From NCBI GenBank assembly GCA_964016885.1, contig OZ024755.1:40114001-40178000 (forward strand): 64,000 nucleotides of DNA, written 5' to 3'. The translations under genes were made by a program, and so were the position numbers. The notes beneath the pieces were generated by a model that was given only the letters and a program-made list of their open reading frames with translations, ran no database searches and had not been told where the DNA came from. Source of the stretch: Eledone cirrhosa (taxonomy: Eukaryota). This document shows, piece by piece, positions 26,070 through 40,224 of the stretch; positions within the stretch are counted from its first letter, which is position 1; every line of letters starts with the position of its first letter.

Positions 26070-27433
26070 ATAGTATTTACGTATCGAGAAAGAGAGGAAA
26101 AGGAGGGATAGGTGATACATATAGTTATTTGCAAAGTAGCGTATGCCAAAGGTGCTCGATACTAATGCCGGCAGTATTAAATATTCGAAGTGTTAATATT
26201 TGGTGGGCTAGAGAGTTAGCAGAGCGTAAGCACGTGGGAAAGTAAAAAATCGGAGAATAGACCGTTAAAACATGTTTATTTAAAATATCACCTACGTACG
26301 TTTCGCCCAGTTGGGCTTCTCAAGGGCATAAACAGTCACAAGTGTTCCTTATATAGTTCGGAAAGAGTTTTGGGGGTTAAATCTACATCAAGATTCATTG
26401 CTCGCAAAAATATCTTGTTTTGATTTTGCAGCAGGTCAAGGGAGGTAACTCTGTCCGGTGTTAGGGCAGTCTTTCCCGGATAATTTTTTTTTTTTTTTTT
26501 TTTTTGCCGCATCAGTTTGTCTGAGGCTGGGTCTGGTATGCAAGGATTGTTTTCTGGGTGTTATTTTGCTGCGCCTGCCCGCCGGGGTGTTAAGACTTGT
26601 TGCAGGGAGATCCAGTGTACTATTTCACTCTTCATTCTTAACCCATCTAAAGAAGGATATTTTTAAGCGATGTGTGCAACTTATCGCTGTTTCAGCTCTG
26701 CTGTTGATGAGCTCAGATCTGCAGATCTGCAGTTATGATGTGGTAGAGCTCCATCAGATCTGCAGTTATGATGTGGTAGAGCTCCATGAGGCAAAGATCG
26801 CATTTCCTCTTGAAGTTGTACGGTGCAGCCCTGCCGACAATCTCCCAGTGCGTGGAGAAGCTGATGTTTAAGTCCTTTAGTGATGTGATGTAGTCCGCGA
26901 GCGAAGTGGAGTGCCTTAGTTTTCTATTTGTGAAAGAGTGGAGATGTGTTCGAAACCTAATTTTGAACGGGCCGGAGGTGGCCCCTATATAATGTTTAAC
27001 GCTATTGTGGCTAGTAATAGTGCATCTATATATAACCCTATCAGTCAAGCAGTATCCTCTAAGGGGGCAGCGTCCTCTGTCGCGGCAGTTGCAATTTCTG
27101 TCGCGGTTCCGTCTATTTCCCACGGTAAGGCTATCATTGTTGCTACCTACATTGTTACCTACGCTACCGCAGCTGTCGTTAGCACAATTACAACCCACAG
27201 CACGCGGGATGGTGCGATTGTTATTCCGCAGGCCATGTTTTGCATGCTCCCCAGTCACTTCGCGGTCATTCTGGTTGCGTCTGCGGATGCCGTTGCCAAC
27301 ACTATTGGATGCTGTCAGGGAGTTGTTAAGGCCGATATAGTTATTGTCAGGTGTAGGTGCGTCTGTGTCGAGGTGCTGTGTCTTGGTGATCTTACTGTGG
27401 TTCGTTGTTCCTATGATGTCTGCTAGGTTAGGA
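26070..27433 (-). mobile_element. Naiad-like PLE 3' part (GIY-YIG 26700-27430, with a 33-bp internal duplication) and pLTR
   Basis: [37 protein letters not shown]; [11 protein letters not shown] duplicated. Confidence 0.85.
26288..26330 (-). ncRNA. Variant-core minimal hammerhead (F6)
   Basis: gccc-TTGAGAA-gccc aact gggc-GAAA-cgtacg-TA-ggt; core deviates from CUGANGA. Confidence 0.55.
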
Positions 27434-27464
27434 GTATATATATATATATATGTGTGTATATATA

Positions 27465-27524
<60 letters not shown>

Positions 27525-27577
27525 CACATATATATATATATACACATATATATATATAAATATGTATATATATATAC

Positions 27578-27612
<35 letters not shown>

Positions 27613-27719
27613 CACACATATATATATATACACACATATATATATTATATATATATGTGTATATATATACATATATATATATATATACATATATATGTGT
27701 ATATATATATATATATGTG

Positions 27720-27781
<62 letters not shown>

Positions 27782-27835
27782 TGTGTGTATATATATATAC
27801 ATATATATATATGTGTATATATATATATATATGTG

Positions 27836-27872
<37 letters not shown>

Positions 27873-27903
27873 GTGTATATATATACATATATATATATAT
27901 GTG

Positions 27904-27964
<61 letters not shown>

Positions 27965-27989
27965 ATATATATACATATATATATATGTG

Positions 27990-28024
<35 letters not shown>

Positions 28025-28029
28025 GTATA

Positions 28030-28920
28030 ATATATAAGAACAAAAGATGGTTAAAGGAGTTCCATGTATTTTATTATGCGCATTTCAAAATCAAATATCA
28101 TTATGCAATAATATTTGTGTTTTCATCAGATAAAACATGAAGACATGATATGAAGGTTAAAAAACACTTGTGGATAGTTCAGTTTTAAATCAACATATGA
28201 GAAGTAGTTTTAGATTGATGTGTGATATTGGGAAAAATATTTTATTTAGAGGGGGGGGAGAGGAGGAGATGAGAGTAAAAAGTGGAGAGGGAGGAGTATA
28301 ATGAGGAAGGATGAGATATGAGGAGTGATGGGTGATAGAGAGAGAGAGATAGCTTTTATAACTGAGAAAGATATATTGTTTTACATAGAAAGGTTGAAAA
28401 CCGTTGGAAGATAATGAATAAATTAAAAGAATTTGAAAATTAACGAAGAGAAAAATAATGTAAAGTTAAGGTTTGTATATTGAGGGGTTTGATAATATGT
28501 GCGATGAAAAAAGAAAATGTTAATATGTATTGAGAATAATGTTTAAGGGTTTAATAATATGTGCGATTTTAAGAAGATGTTGATATGTATTATTAAAAGA
28601 AACAGCAGGTTATTTAAGTAAGGAAATATTGTGAGATGAATGAGTTAGATGAAAGGGAGAAAAGAATAATGAATTGAGGATGAATAATCTAACGTCAAAA
28701 AATGTATATGTTTACGAACGATTTTTACAAGGTGATATAGAGTAAGAATGTATTGTATTATGTAATAATTGATTCTATGTTAGGCAAGAGTGAGAAAAGG
28801 TACAGATTAGGGGTTAGACATTAAAAGAAGAAGAGAAGAATGAGTAACAAGTATTATGTATAATAACCTTTGAAATAAGATAGAAAGATGGGTTTATTTT
28901 TAAAAGAAGTGTATATATAT
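28030..28920 (-). mobile_element. PLE F1 pLTR with hammerhead at 28069-28135
   Basis: Homologous to 13560-14390 and 7020-7190. Confidence 0.85.
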
Positions 28921-28947
28921 TATCCGATATCTGCATATAAAGAAGTG

Positions 28948-28978
<31 letters not shown>

Positions 28979-29029
28979 GTTTATATATATATACATATAT
29001 ATATATATATGCATATATATATATATGTT

Positions 29030-29082
<53 letters not shown>

Positions 29083-29103
29083 GAATATATATATATATAT
29101 GTG

Positions 29104-29153
<50 letters not shown>

Positions 29154-29364
29154 TGTGTATATATATATACATATATATATATTATATATATGTGTGTATA
29201 TATATATACATATATATATATATGTGTATATATATATACATATATATATGTGTATATATATATACATATATATACATATATATATATGTGTATATATATA
29301 TACATATATATATATGTGTATATATATATACATATATATATATATGTGTATATATATATATATA

Positions 29365-29395
<31 letters not shown>

Positions 29396-29400
29396 GTGTG

Positions 29401-29431
<31 letters not shown>

Positions 29432-29434
29432 GTG

Positions 29435-29465
<31 letters not shown>

Positions 29466-29514
29466 GTGTGTGTATGTATATATATATATATATATATATG
29501 TGTGTATATATATC

Positions 29515-30055
29515 TAGCAGTCTCTCTCTGTTAGCCTCTTCCTCACCTTTCACTCACTCACTCTGTCACTACCTCTCCTCCTCCCCTTTCTTCCCGTTTG
29601 ACCTGTCCGCAATCCTTTTCTCGCGCGTACTTGGCCAAGCCGGTATGAATTTTTTTTCTCTCTCTCTGTCTCTCTCTCGTCTGCGACTTCACAGAACTTA
29701 TGTTTACCGAATTCGCAGACCAGACTCCTTCTTCCTCCCGTTAGACCTGTGCGAAATTCCTTCCTTGCTCACATTTCAAGCAGGTTTGATGGTCTTTATT
29801 CTCTCGTTCACGATTCCACCGAATTTATATTCATAGAAATCTGGGACTTGTTTCTTTCTTCTTCATCACTTTCTGTTGCTTAAACCATTTTGTTTGTTAC
29901 CCTAGCGTCCCCTTTATTTACATGTCCCAACGACTTTTTTTAACCGTTGCTCGCACCAACCTGAGGTATATGGCCTTTAAAGCGACGAAATGCCTACGAC
30001 GGTTGGAAGGCCACTGATGAAGGACAAACTTTTCCATATGTAACCCATTTGTGCG
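29515..30055 (+). mobile_element. Non-coding element related to 591-983
   Basis: tcccgtYWgacctg at 29592 and 29736; shared 3' structured motif; flanked by (TA)n. Confidence 0.5.
29923..30026 (+). ncRNA. Candidate pseudoknotted/permuted hammerhead-like RNA (copy B, intact core)
   Basis: CCAACC/GGTTGG, AGGTA/TGCCT, TGGCCT/AGGCCA, TCGC/GCGA, TGTCC/GGACA; CTGATGA, GAAA and TA in hammerhead positions. Confidence 0.65.
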
Positions 30056-30079
30056 TATATATATATACATATATATATA

Positions 30080-31113
30080 TGTAGATAAATCTACCAAGAG
30101 TTTACGGTAGTGTCCAATCCGTATGAAGAACTCAATGTATTCCGGATATCATGGAAAGAAGAGATGTAATGAAAAATCACTTTCGGTGAAAGATAAACGG
30201 TATACAGAGTCAAGATAAAATATTAAACAAATAATGAATAAAACAATGAAACAGTTCCTTATATTAAACAAAAAAAGTTCATTATTTAACGATCGTTTTC
30301 TAGGATATATATGTGTTAGAATTGGCATGCATATTCAACAGATCTATGTACAAAATTATACAAAATTATACAAACTATCAAGATTAAATATACATACCAA
30401 CACATATATACGCCGTCTTCAGAAATAATGAAATATATTTATTGATAATAACAACAATTCAAAATTTCAGGTCCGTTTGGGAACAAAATTGACCAATGAA
30501 AATACAAAAGGTTTTATGCAGTTCGGTGTGTGTATATACATGTAACTACCCTTACACATATTTTACAAAAATGTATGCTCAACATGTATACGCATACCAA
30601 TAGGATGGATGCAAATACAAAATTTCAAGGTTAATGTCTCTGTAAGTTTATAATGCACAGATAAGATGCGTATAGACACATAAATATGAAATAAGTGTAT
30701 ACACATATTCTCATACTCACACATATCCATACAATCACACACACGCGCGCGTATATGCATAAACATAGCACATAATTACAAACATACAAACACACACACA
30801 CCCCCACTCAAATATATATATGTGGATATAATATCATAAGCACATGGATATTAATTCACTCACATAAAACACTGTCACACACATTTAGATCAAGATACAG
30901 AAATTAGGTGGGAGGGGGGGGAGAGGTCAGTATTCAACGGTTTGGGCAGACTGCTTATTATAGATGTATCTATAAACTAAGAAAATAAAAAATAAAAATT
31001 ATATATATATATAAACACATACATACATATACACACATCCACACTTAGAACATACATACACACACATATATAAACATATACATATACACACATACACACA
31101 TATACACACATAC

Positions 31114-31158
<45 letters not shown>

Positions 31159-31471
31159 CACACACATATACACATATAATCACACATACTATATAGACAC
31201 ACATATATATACACACACATACACGCACATATACATACACATACATACTTATATACATACAGATATACACATACATACCTATATATAGACACAAATACAT
31301 ACAGATATACATACATACATACACACAAATACTTACGCATCCATATATCGGTATATACATACAAACACCACTACACTCTCACACAACTCAGACATACAAA
31401 GAAAAAGGTATATACCTATATACATATACATATACAAATAGAGATACACATACATATATATACATATATAT

Positions 31472-31512
<41 letters not shown>

Positions 31513-31704
31513 CACATATACACACATATACATACATACACATACATACATGTACACACACATACATATACATACATACACACATACATACATACATATA
31601 TAGTCATACACACACATACACCTACACGAACATACACATACACATATATAAAGATATATATATACACACACACATACACACACACACACATATATATAAA
31701 ATAA

Positions 31705-31720
<16 letters not shown>
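30080..31720 (-). mobile_element. Inverted pLTR of the F3-related PLE; hammerhead at 30279-30431
   Basis: Reverse complement of ~35250-36740. Confidence 0.85.
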
Positions 31721-31750
<30 letters not shown>

Positions 31751-31754
<4 letters not shown>

Positions 31755-33409
31755 CTATCCTTAAAAACCTTGCATATAATATATCACTTAGAATTTCTAA
31801 CCTTTCTTCTAACCAAGATGTATTTGATAAAAATGCGACCTTCTATAACGAAGCTCTAGATAGAAGTGGCCACAAAAATAGATTAGAATATATACCTTCT
31901 ACTAAAAATACTGAAAGCATACAACCTAATATTACCAACAAACACCAAATGAAAAGTACACACCTAAATGCCACCCACACTATACCCCAAAATACCAAAT
32001 CTTCTAATATAAAATATAGTAACTCTCAAAAAACTACTCATCATACAACTCTAATAAATATTAATAATAAAACTCCTAATAAAAAGGATAAAACACCTAA
32101 ATCTACAAATATAACTAAAAATGGTTGTGGTGAGATCATTAACATTAATCCTCCTAGTAAACATCACGATACAACCTATAAAAATAATAAAAATAATAAA
32201 CAACATAGAAACCGTAATAGACGGGTTACTTGGTATAATGCTCCATTTAATTTACAAATTAAGGATAATATTGCTAAAAAATTTTTTTATATCCTAGAGA
32301 AAAACTTCCCGCCAAACCACAAATACCATCAAATCTTAAATATGTCTACAGTTAAATTCTCATACTCTACAACAAATAACATAAAACAAAATATAAGTGC
32401 CTATAATGCATATAAATGTAAGAAAACCATAAGTATACCACCAGTACATCAAATTAACCATAATATCTCCTCAAATACAGAATTAACGAAAGGTTGTAAC
32501 TGTAGAAACAAAGCAAACTGCCCATTAAAAGGGAATTGTCTTGTTAACAACATAGTCTATAAATGTAATGTTAAAACTAAAGATTCTATTTGCTCATATA
32601 TAGGAGCTACCTCTAACAATTTTAAGACAAGGTTTAATACCCACAAGCATAGTTTTAAAAATGCCGCACTGGCTAATACAACATCTCTAGCAGAAAAAAA
32701 TCAATAGTTATAAAAATAAGAATATAGAATATGATTTGACCTGGAGTGTGTTCAAAAGAGCCACCCCTTATCAAAATAATAGAAATGAATGTAGATTATG
32801 TTCCCAAGAACTATTTGAAATAATGAAATCTAAGGATATCCTATTAAATAAACGACAGGAATTAATTATATCGTGTAATCATAAACTAAAAAAAACATTT
32901 AAATATTATAAACCTAATTAATAACATTATTTTAGAAATTAATTTAATTTAAATATTAGTTAACCTATAAATTTAATTTAATTAAAATTATATTACAGAT
33001 GAGAATATAAAATATTGTGTAATCATAAATTGTGAAAAACCTTTAAATATTACTAATATATACTTAGTAATTTAATTTATAGATTAATTTTAATTTATTT
33101 AAACCTTTTATTAAAATTCCTTTACAGATAAAATATAACAAAATATCGTGTATCCAATGACAGAGAAATAATTTTTAGTATTATAGACCTAATTAATATA
33201 CATTTTAGAAATATATTTATAATTTGGTTTTAAATTTAGTCAACCTAAAAATTTAATTTAATTGGCTTAAAATTAGTATCCTTATACAGACGGATTGCAG
33301 AATATCATGTAATCATAGAATGGGATGTGTTTTGGATATATACCTAGTTAATATATTCTTTGCAATTTTTGAAAAAATATGTATATGTATGTATGTATAT
33401 GTATGTGTA

Positions 33410-33456
<47 letters not shown>

Positions 33457-34501
33457 GTATATGTATATGTGTATGTATATGTATATGTATATGTATTAAT
33501 TTTTGATTTCTATTTGCATATAATTATATTCTGCTATTGATAAAATACAATATCTGTTTTATTTATTATATACCTAATTAACATATACTATAGAAATTAA
33601 TATATAATTTTTAATTTAGTTAACCTATAATTTATATTCTACTACCGATGTAATACTTTATTTGTTTTTTCCCTATTACTAAATTCATTTCCTAATATTG
33701 ATACCATAACGTTATTAACTTTAATTTAGTTATACTATAATTAATACTCTACTACTATTTAGCTTCAAAATTCTGCTTCAAATATTATAAACCTAACTAA
33801 TTTACACCTTAGAAATCAATATGTTAACTATCTTTAGTTTAGTTAACATATAATTAATGGTATACTTATTTATTTTGAAATGCATAAATTTTGCCTTATT
33901 TCTTGTATTTCCTAACACTGAAACTATGTAAAAACATACATTGGATCCAGATACAGATAATATTCTATGTTTCTTGAAACATATATTTACTATAATCCCC
34001 TTCTCCAACCCCCCCCTTTCCCCCATACTATTATCATCTGTGTTTGTAAGCGTGTATGTATGAATATATATGTAGGTAGGTGTATATATGTTTGGGTATT
34101 TATATCTGAATATAAAAATACATATATGCGCATGCAAATAAGAACGTAAGATTGTGTGTATATATATGTGTGTATGTATATATATATATATATGTATATA
34201 TGCATGTCTATATATATGTGTATGTGTATGTGTGTATGTATATATATGTGTATATGTGTATATGTGTGTGGGCGTGTATGTGTGTATGTATATATATATA
34301 TGTATATATTTATATATATATATGTGTGTATGTATGTATGTATATATGTGTGTGTATATATATGTATGTCTCTCTATTTATATGTCTATCTTCGTATCTA
34401 TGTGGGTATATGTGTGTATGTGCATGTATGCACATGTTTGTGTTTACGTGTATATATGTGTGTATGTGTATATATGTACGTGTGCGCACATATATATGTG
34501 A

Positions 34502-34541
<40 letters not shown>

Positions 34542-34568
34542 CTATGTGTGTATATATGTCTATATTCG

Positions 34569-34629
<61 letters not shown>

Positions 34630-35208
34630 TATTATTTATTATTATAATATAACTTATGTGTATGTGTGTATATGTGAGGGTGTGTATATGTATATATATG
34701 TGTATATATATGTGTAAAAAAATATATATATGTATGTCTGTTTTTTGTGTGTGTGTATATATATGTATGTGTATATATATGTGTATGTGTGTGTTTGTAT
34801 GTTTTGTATGTGTGTTTATGGTTGTATGTGTGTGTGGGTGTATATATATAAGTGTATGTGTATATATATATATATATATATATGTGTATATATATCTCTA
34901 TTAATGCGTGTATATATGTATATGTATGTGCCTTTTTCTTTGTATGTCTGAGTTGTGTGAGGGTGTAGTGGGTGTTGTATGTATATACGCATATATGGAT
35001 GCGTATGTATTTGTATATATGAGTATATGTAAGTGCGTATGTATGTATGAATATATATCTAATTCTATGTATGAGTATATATGTGTGTGTATGTATGTTG
35101 TGTGTGTATGTATGTATGTGTCTATGTGTGTATATATATGTATATATGTGTGTGTATGTATGTATGTATGTGTATGTATGTACATATATGTCTATGTATG
35201 TGTGTATG

Positions 35209-35259
<51 letters not shown>

Positions 35260-35443
35260 TTATTTTATATATATGTGTGTGTGTGTGTATGTGTGTGTGT
35301 GTATATATATATCTTTATATATGTGTATGTGTAGGTGTATGTGTGTGTATGACTATATATGTATGTATGTATGTGTGTATGTATGTATATGTATGTGTGT
35401 GTACATGTATGTATGTGTATGTATGTATATGTGTGTATATGTG

Positions 35444-35484
<41 letters not shown>

Positions 35485-35797
35485 ATATATATGTATATAT
35501 ATGTATGTGTATCTCTATTTGTATATGTATATGTATATAGGTATATACCTTTTTCTTTGTATGTCTGAGTTGTGTGAGAGTGTAGTGGTGTTTGTATGTA
35601 TATACCGATATATGGATGCGTAAGTATTTGTGTGTATGTATGTATGTATATCTGTATGTATTTGTGTCTATATATAGGTATGTATGTGTATATCTGTATG
35701 TATATAAGTATGTATGTGTATGTATATGTGCGTGTATGTGTGTGTATATATATGTGTGTCTATATAGTATGTGTGATTATATGTGTATATGTGTGTG

Positions 35798-35842
<45 letters not shown>

Positions 35843-36740
35843 GTATGTGTGTATATGTGTGTATGTGTGTATATGTATATGTTTATATATGTGTGTGTAT
35901 GTATGTTCTAAGTGTGGATGTGTGTATATGTATGTATGTGTTTATATATATATATAATTTTTATTTTTTATTTTCTTAGTTTATAGATACATCTATAATA
36001 AGCAGTCTGCCCAAACCGTTGAATACTGACCTCTCCCCCCCCCCCTCCCACCTAATTTCTGTATCTTGATCTAAATGTGTGTGACAGTGTTTTATGTGAG
36101 TGAATTAATATCCATGTGCTTATGATATTATATCCACATATATATATTTGAGTGGGGGTGTGTGTGTGTTTGTATGTTTGTAATTATGTGTATGTTTATG
36201 CATATACGCGCGCGTGTGTGTGATTGTATGGATATGTGTGAGTATGAGAATATGTGTATACACTTATTTCATATTTATGTGTCTATACGCATCTTATCTG
36301 TGCATTATAAACTTACAGAGACATTAACCTTGAAATTTTGTATTTGCATCCATCCTATTGGTATGCGTATACATGTTGAGCATACATTTTTGTAAAATAT
36401 GTGTAAGGGTAGTTACATGTATATACACACACCGAACTGCATAAAACCTTTTGTATTTTCATTGGTCAATTTTGTTCCCAAACGGACCTGAAATTTTGAA
36501 TTGTTGTTATTATCAATAAATATATTTCATTATTTCTGAAGACGGCGTATATATGTGTTGGTATGTATATTTAATCTTGATAGTTTGTATAATTTTGTAT
36601 AATTTTGTACATAGATCTGTTGAATATGCATGCCAATTCTAACACATATATATCCTAGAAACGATCGTTAAATAATGAACTTTTTTTGTTTAATATAAGG
36701 AACTGTTTCATTGTTTTATTCATTATTTGTTTAATATTTT
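31751..36740 (+). mobile_element. 5'-truncated Naiad-like PLE (ORF 31751-32921, frameshift in an A-run near 32700), long microsatellite-rich 3' region, hammerhead at 36527-36678
   Basis: [46 protein letters not shown]. Confidence 0.85.
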
Positions 36741-36767
36741 ACATATATATATATATATATATGTGTG

Positions 36768-36799
<32 letters not shown>

Positions 36800-36851
36800 C
36801 ATATATATATATGTGTGTATACATATATACATATATATATATATATATGTG

Positions 36852-36884
<33 letters not shown>

Positions 36885-36894
36885 GTGTATAAAT

Positions 36895-36967
<73 letters not shown>

Positions 36968-36986
36968 GTATATACAATAATATACA

Positions 36987-37300
36987 TACGAGGTGTGTCA
37001 GAAAAGTTCCAGGACTGATGTCACAAAAGATTTATTTCAAAACCAAACTTCACACTAAGAGTTTTCTCCCTCAAAGTAATTCCCCTGGAGTCGAATGCAC
37101 TTTTCCATTCTTTCTGCCACGCTTGCATGCACTCCTGGACGGCTTCTACCCGGATCCTTCGCAGTTCCGTCGTCACGGCCTTTTTGATGTCGTCTACGTC
37201 TTGAAAACGGGTCCACTCTGGGTCGTACTCGAAGATCCATGACTCATCACCGATGATGACTGTCCCTAGCAAGTCTCGTTCGGTTTCAAGACGTTCCAGA
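36987..37300 (-). mobile_element. mariner transposase relic with one TIR, internally deleted
   Basis: IIGDESWIFEYDPE, RFQDVDDIK; TA-CGAGGTGTGTCAGAAAAGTTCC terminus. Confidence 0.8.
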
Positions 37301-37753
37301 ACCTACTTAATTCCATTTTCTTTTCCAGCACCATCGTCATCTTTATAATTACCAAAGAATAACTTCAGTTCCTTTGTATTTACATTATTATGTTATTTAT
37401 TTCATGCATCTCCATTTGTCTTGCATTTCTCTACTTAAACCAGCTTGATATCGATCATTTTACCTTATCTCATCATGTAATACATCTTAAACTAGCTAAT
37501 TTACTTATTACATTCAATACAAGCATAAATTTATCGAACATTATAATATTTATCCATGTTTAATAAGCATCAATAACTATTCGCAATAACATTAACAACA
37601 TTAATACCACTCTTTCCCTTCAACACACTTATATTTTTATCTATTCTCGTCTCTACGTTTCGTATATTATACCATTCTATATAACAATAGATGTAAATTG
37701 TTTATTTACTCATCTATTTGTTTATTTATTTATCCATCATTGTACCTGTGTAT

Positions 37754-37788
<35 letters not shown>

Positions 37789-38107
37789 TTTGTTTGTTTA
37801 TTTATTTATTTACTTATTTATTTATTATTATTTATTATTATATTTTTTTGTTTCTGTGCTTAAATCTCTATTTTATATTTGCTTTCAGTCTGGTATTGTA
37901 TATATTCGTCCGTCTGTTTATCTTCCTCTTTCTCTCCTTCCTATCTCTGCCTGTATCCCTATTTCCTTCTCAATCCTTCTCTATCTCTTTCTCTTCTTCC
38001 TTATTCATCTTCTTTTTCTTCTCTACCTTCACTGCACCGCCCCTCTTCTTTTTTTCTTTTACTTTATATCCATATCGTTATTATTAATATTATATTTATC
38101 CTGACGT

Positions 38108-38295
38108 GGCGGTGGATTGGCAATATTGGGAGAGGGTCGGACGCCATGCTTTGACGTATAGAGTTACGGCCCTTGCCATTCTGAGTTCAAATCCCGCCGA
38201 GGTTAACTTTGCCTTTCATCCTTACGGGGTCGATAAAATAAAGTACCAGTAATGCACTGGTTAATTGCTGGCCTTGTGCCTAACGTAGAAACAAT
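38108..38295 (+). mobile_element. SINE (6067 family)
   Basis: Homology, A and B boxes. Confidence 0.8.
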
Positions 38296-38518
38296 TATAT
38301 TTATTCTGACGTGTTTGTTTGATTTCGTATTTTTGCCGGTTATGCATTTAACTTTATTTTCGATTCCTCTTTCTTTTCTCTCCCCCCCCCCCCCTCCTCT
38401 TTCCATCCGTCCCCCTTCCTTTATTTCTCTCTATATATACATTTATCATCAATACTATTATTGATGTAGTAATTTTAATCTATATATTTACCGTTACACA
38501 TATATGTTGTATTCTTTT

Positions 38519-38627
38519 CAGTGTCCGATGAAATAATGGAGGATCAATGTATTTTAAATTGAGTCTCACTATCTTTAGTGTTTAGAAATGTTTAGACTAC
38601 TCTATCATAGAAACAATTGTCAGACTG
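38519..38627 (+). ncRNA. Type I hammerhead, CCGAUGA core variant (F7)
   Basis: cagtgt-CCGATGA-(long insert)-GAAA-caattg-TC-agactg, then AATAAA. Confidence 0.6.
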
Positions 38628-38842
38628 TAAATAAATCTCCTTGTTTATAATGTTGACCATGTTATTCTTCGCTTTTTTATTACTCCAAGATATACTTACA
38701 TAGGAAAACAAGTGAAGTCATTTAGTCGTCACCCACGTAAACCTCTTGGTGAGTGACACAGCACCGTACACTTAAACTATCCATCATAAGTAGTTTTCAC
38801 AAACTCTTATCGGATTACATTTAATGATATATTGTTACCCTC

Positions 38843-38966
<124 letters not shown>

Positions 38967-38996
38967 TATATATGGATGTATATGTATGTATATATG

Positions 38997-39085
<89 letters not shown>

Positions 39086-39094
39086 GTATATATG

Positions 39095-39126
<32 letters not shown>

Positions 39127-39232
39127 TATATATGGATGTATATGTATGTATGTATATGTATATTTATGTATGTATGTATATGTAAAAATATGTATATATA
39201 TGTATTTATATATATATATATATATATGTATT

Positions 39233-39263
<31 letters not shown>

Positions 39264-39418
39264 GTATATATATGTATGTATATATATCTATATATATGTA
39301 TATATATGTATTTATATATATATATGTATATATATGTATATATATGTATATATATGTATATATATGTATATATATATGTATGTATATATATCTATATATC
39401 TATCTATATATATATATA

Positions 39419-40223
39419 TGTAGGAGGTGAGTTTTATTGTAGTACAATAAAGCAATGCAGATATCGGATAAGAAGCACTCTACAATTTGTAGGACTGGAG
39501 TATACATAATATATAAGATCAAAAGATGGTTAAAAGAGTTCCATGTATTTTATTATGCGCATTTCAAAAACAAATATCATCATGCAATAACATTTGTGTT
39601 TTCATCAGATAAAATAGGAAGACATGATATGAAGGTTAAAAAACACTTGTGGATAGTGCAATTTTAAATCAACATATGAAAAGTAGTTTTAGATTGATGT
39701 GTGATATTGGGGAAAAAAGGTTTTTGAGGGGGGGGGGGAGATGAGAGTAAAAAGTGGAGGGGGAGGAGTATAATGAGGAAGGATGAGATAGGAGGAGAGA
39801 TGGGTGATAGAGAGAGAGAGATAGTTTTTATAACTGAGAAAAATATATTGTTTTACATAGAGAGGTTCAAAAACCGTTAGAAGATAATGTATAAATTAAA
39901 AGAATTTGAAAATTAACGAAGAGAAAAATAATGTAAAGTTAAGGTTTGTATATTGAAGGGTTTAATAATATGTGCGATGAAAAGAAATTGTTAATATGTA
40001 TTAAGAATAATATTTAAGGGTTTAATAATATGTGCGATGGAAAGAAAATGTTGATATGTATTATTTAAAAAAACAAAAGTAATGTAAGTAAGGATACATT
40101 GTGAAAAAAGTAGAAGATAGGATGAAACATGAAAGTGAGAAAAAAATAATGAATTGAGGATGAATAATCTAACGTCAAAAAAATGTCTATGTTTACGAAG
40201 GACTTTTTCAAGGTGATATAAAG
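39419..40223 (-). mobile_element. PLE F1 pLTR with hammerhead at 39548-39614
   Basis: Homology to other F1 copies. Confidence 0.85.
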
Positions 40224-40224
40224 T

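Noticed and set aside
12108-32921. Selenocysteine (UGA/SECIS) recoding, reported for some Naiad PLEs
   Set aside because: Linker and GIY-YIG cysteines are normal Cys codons; the break near 32700 is an A-run frameshift, not UGA
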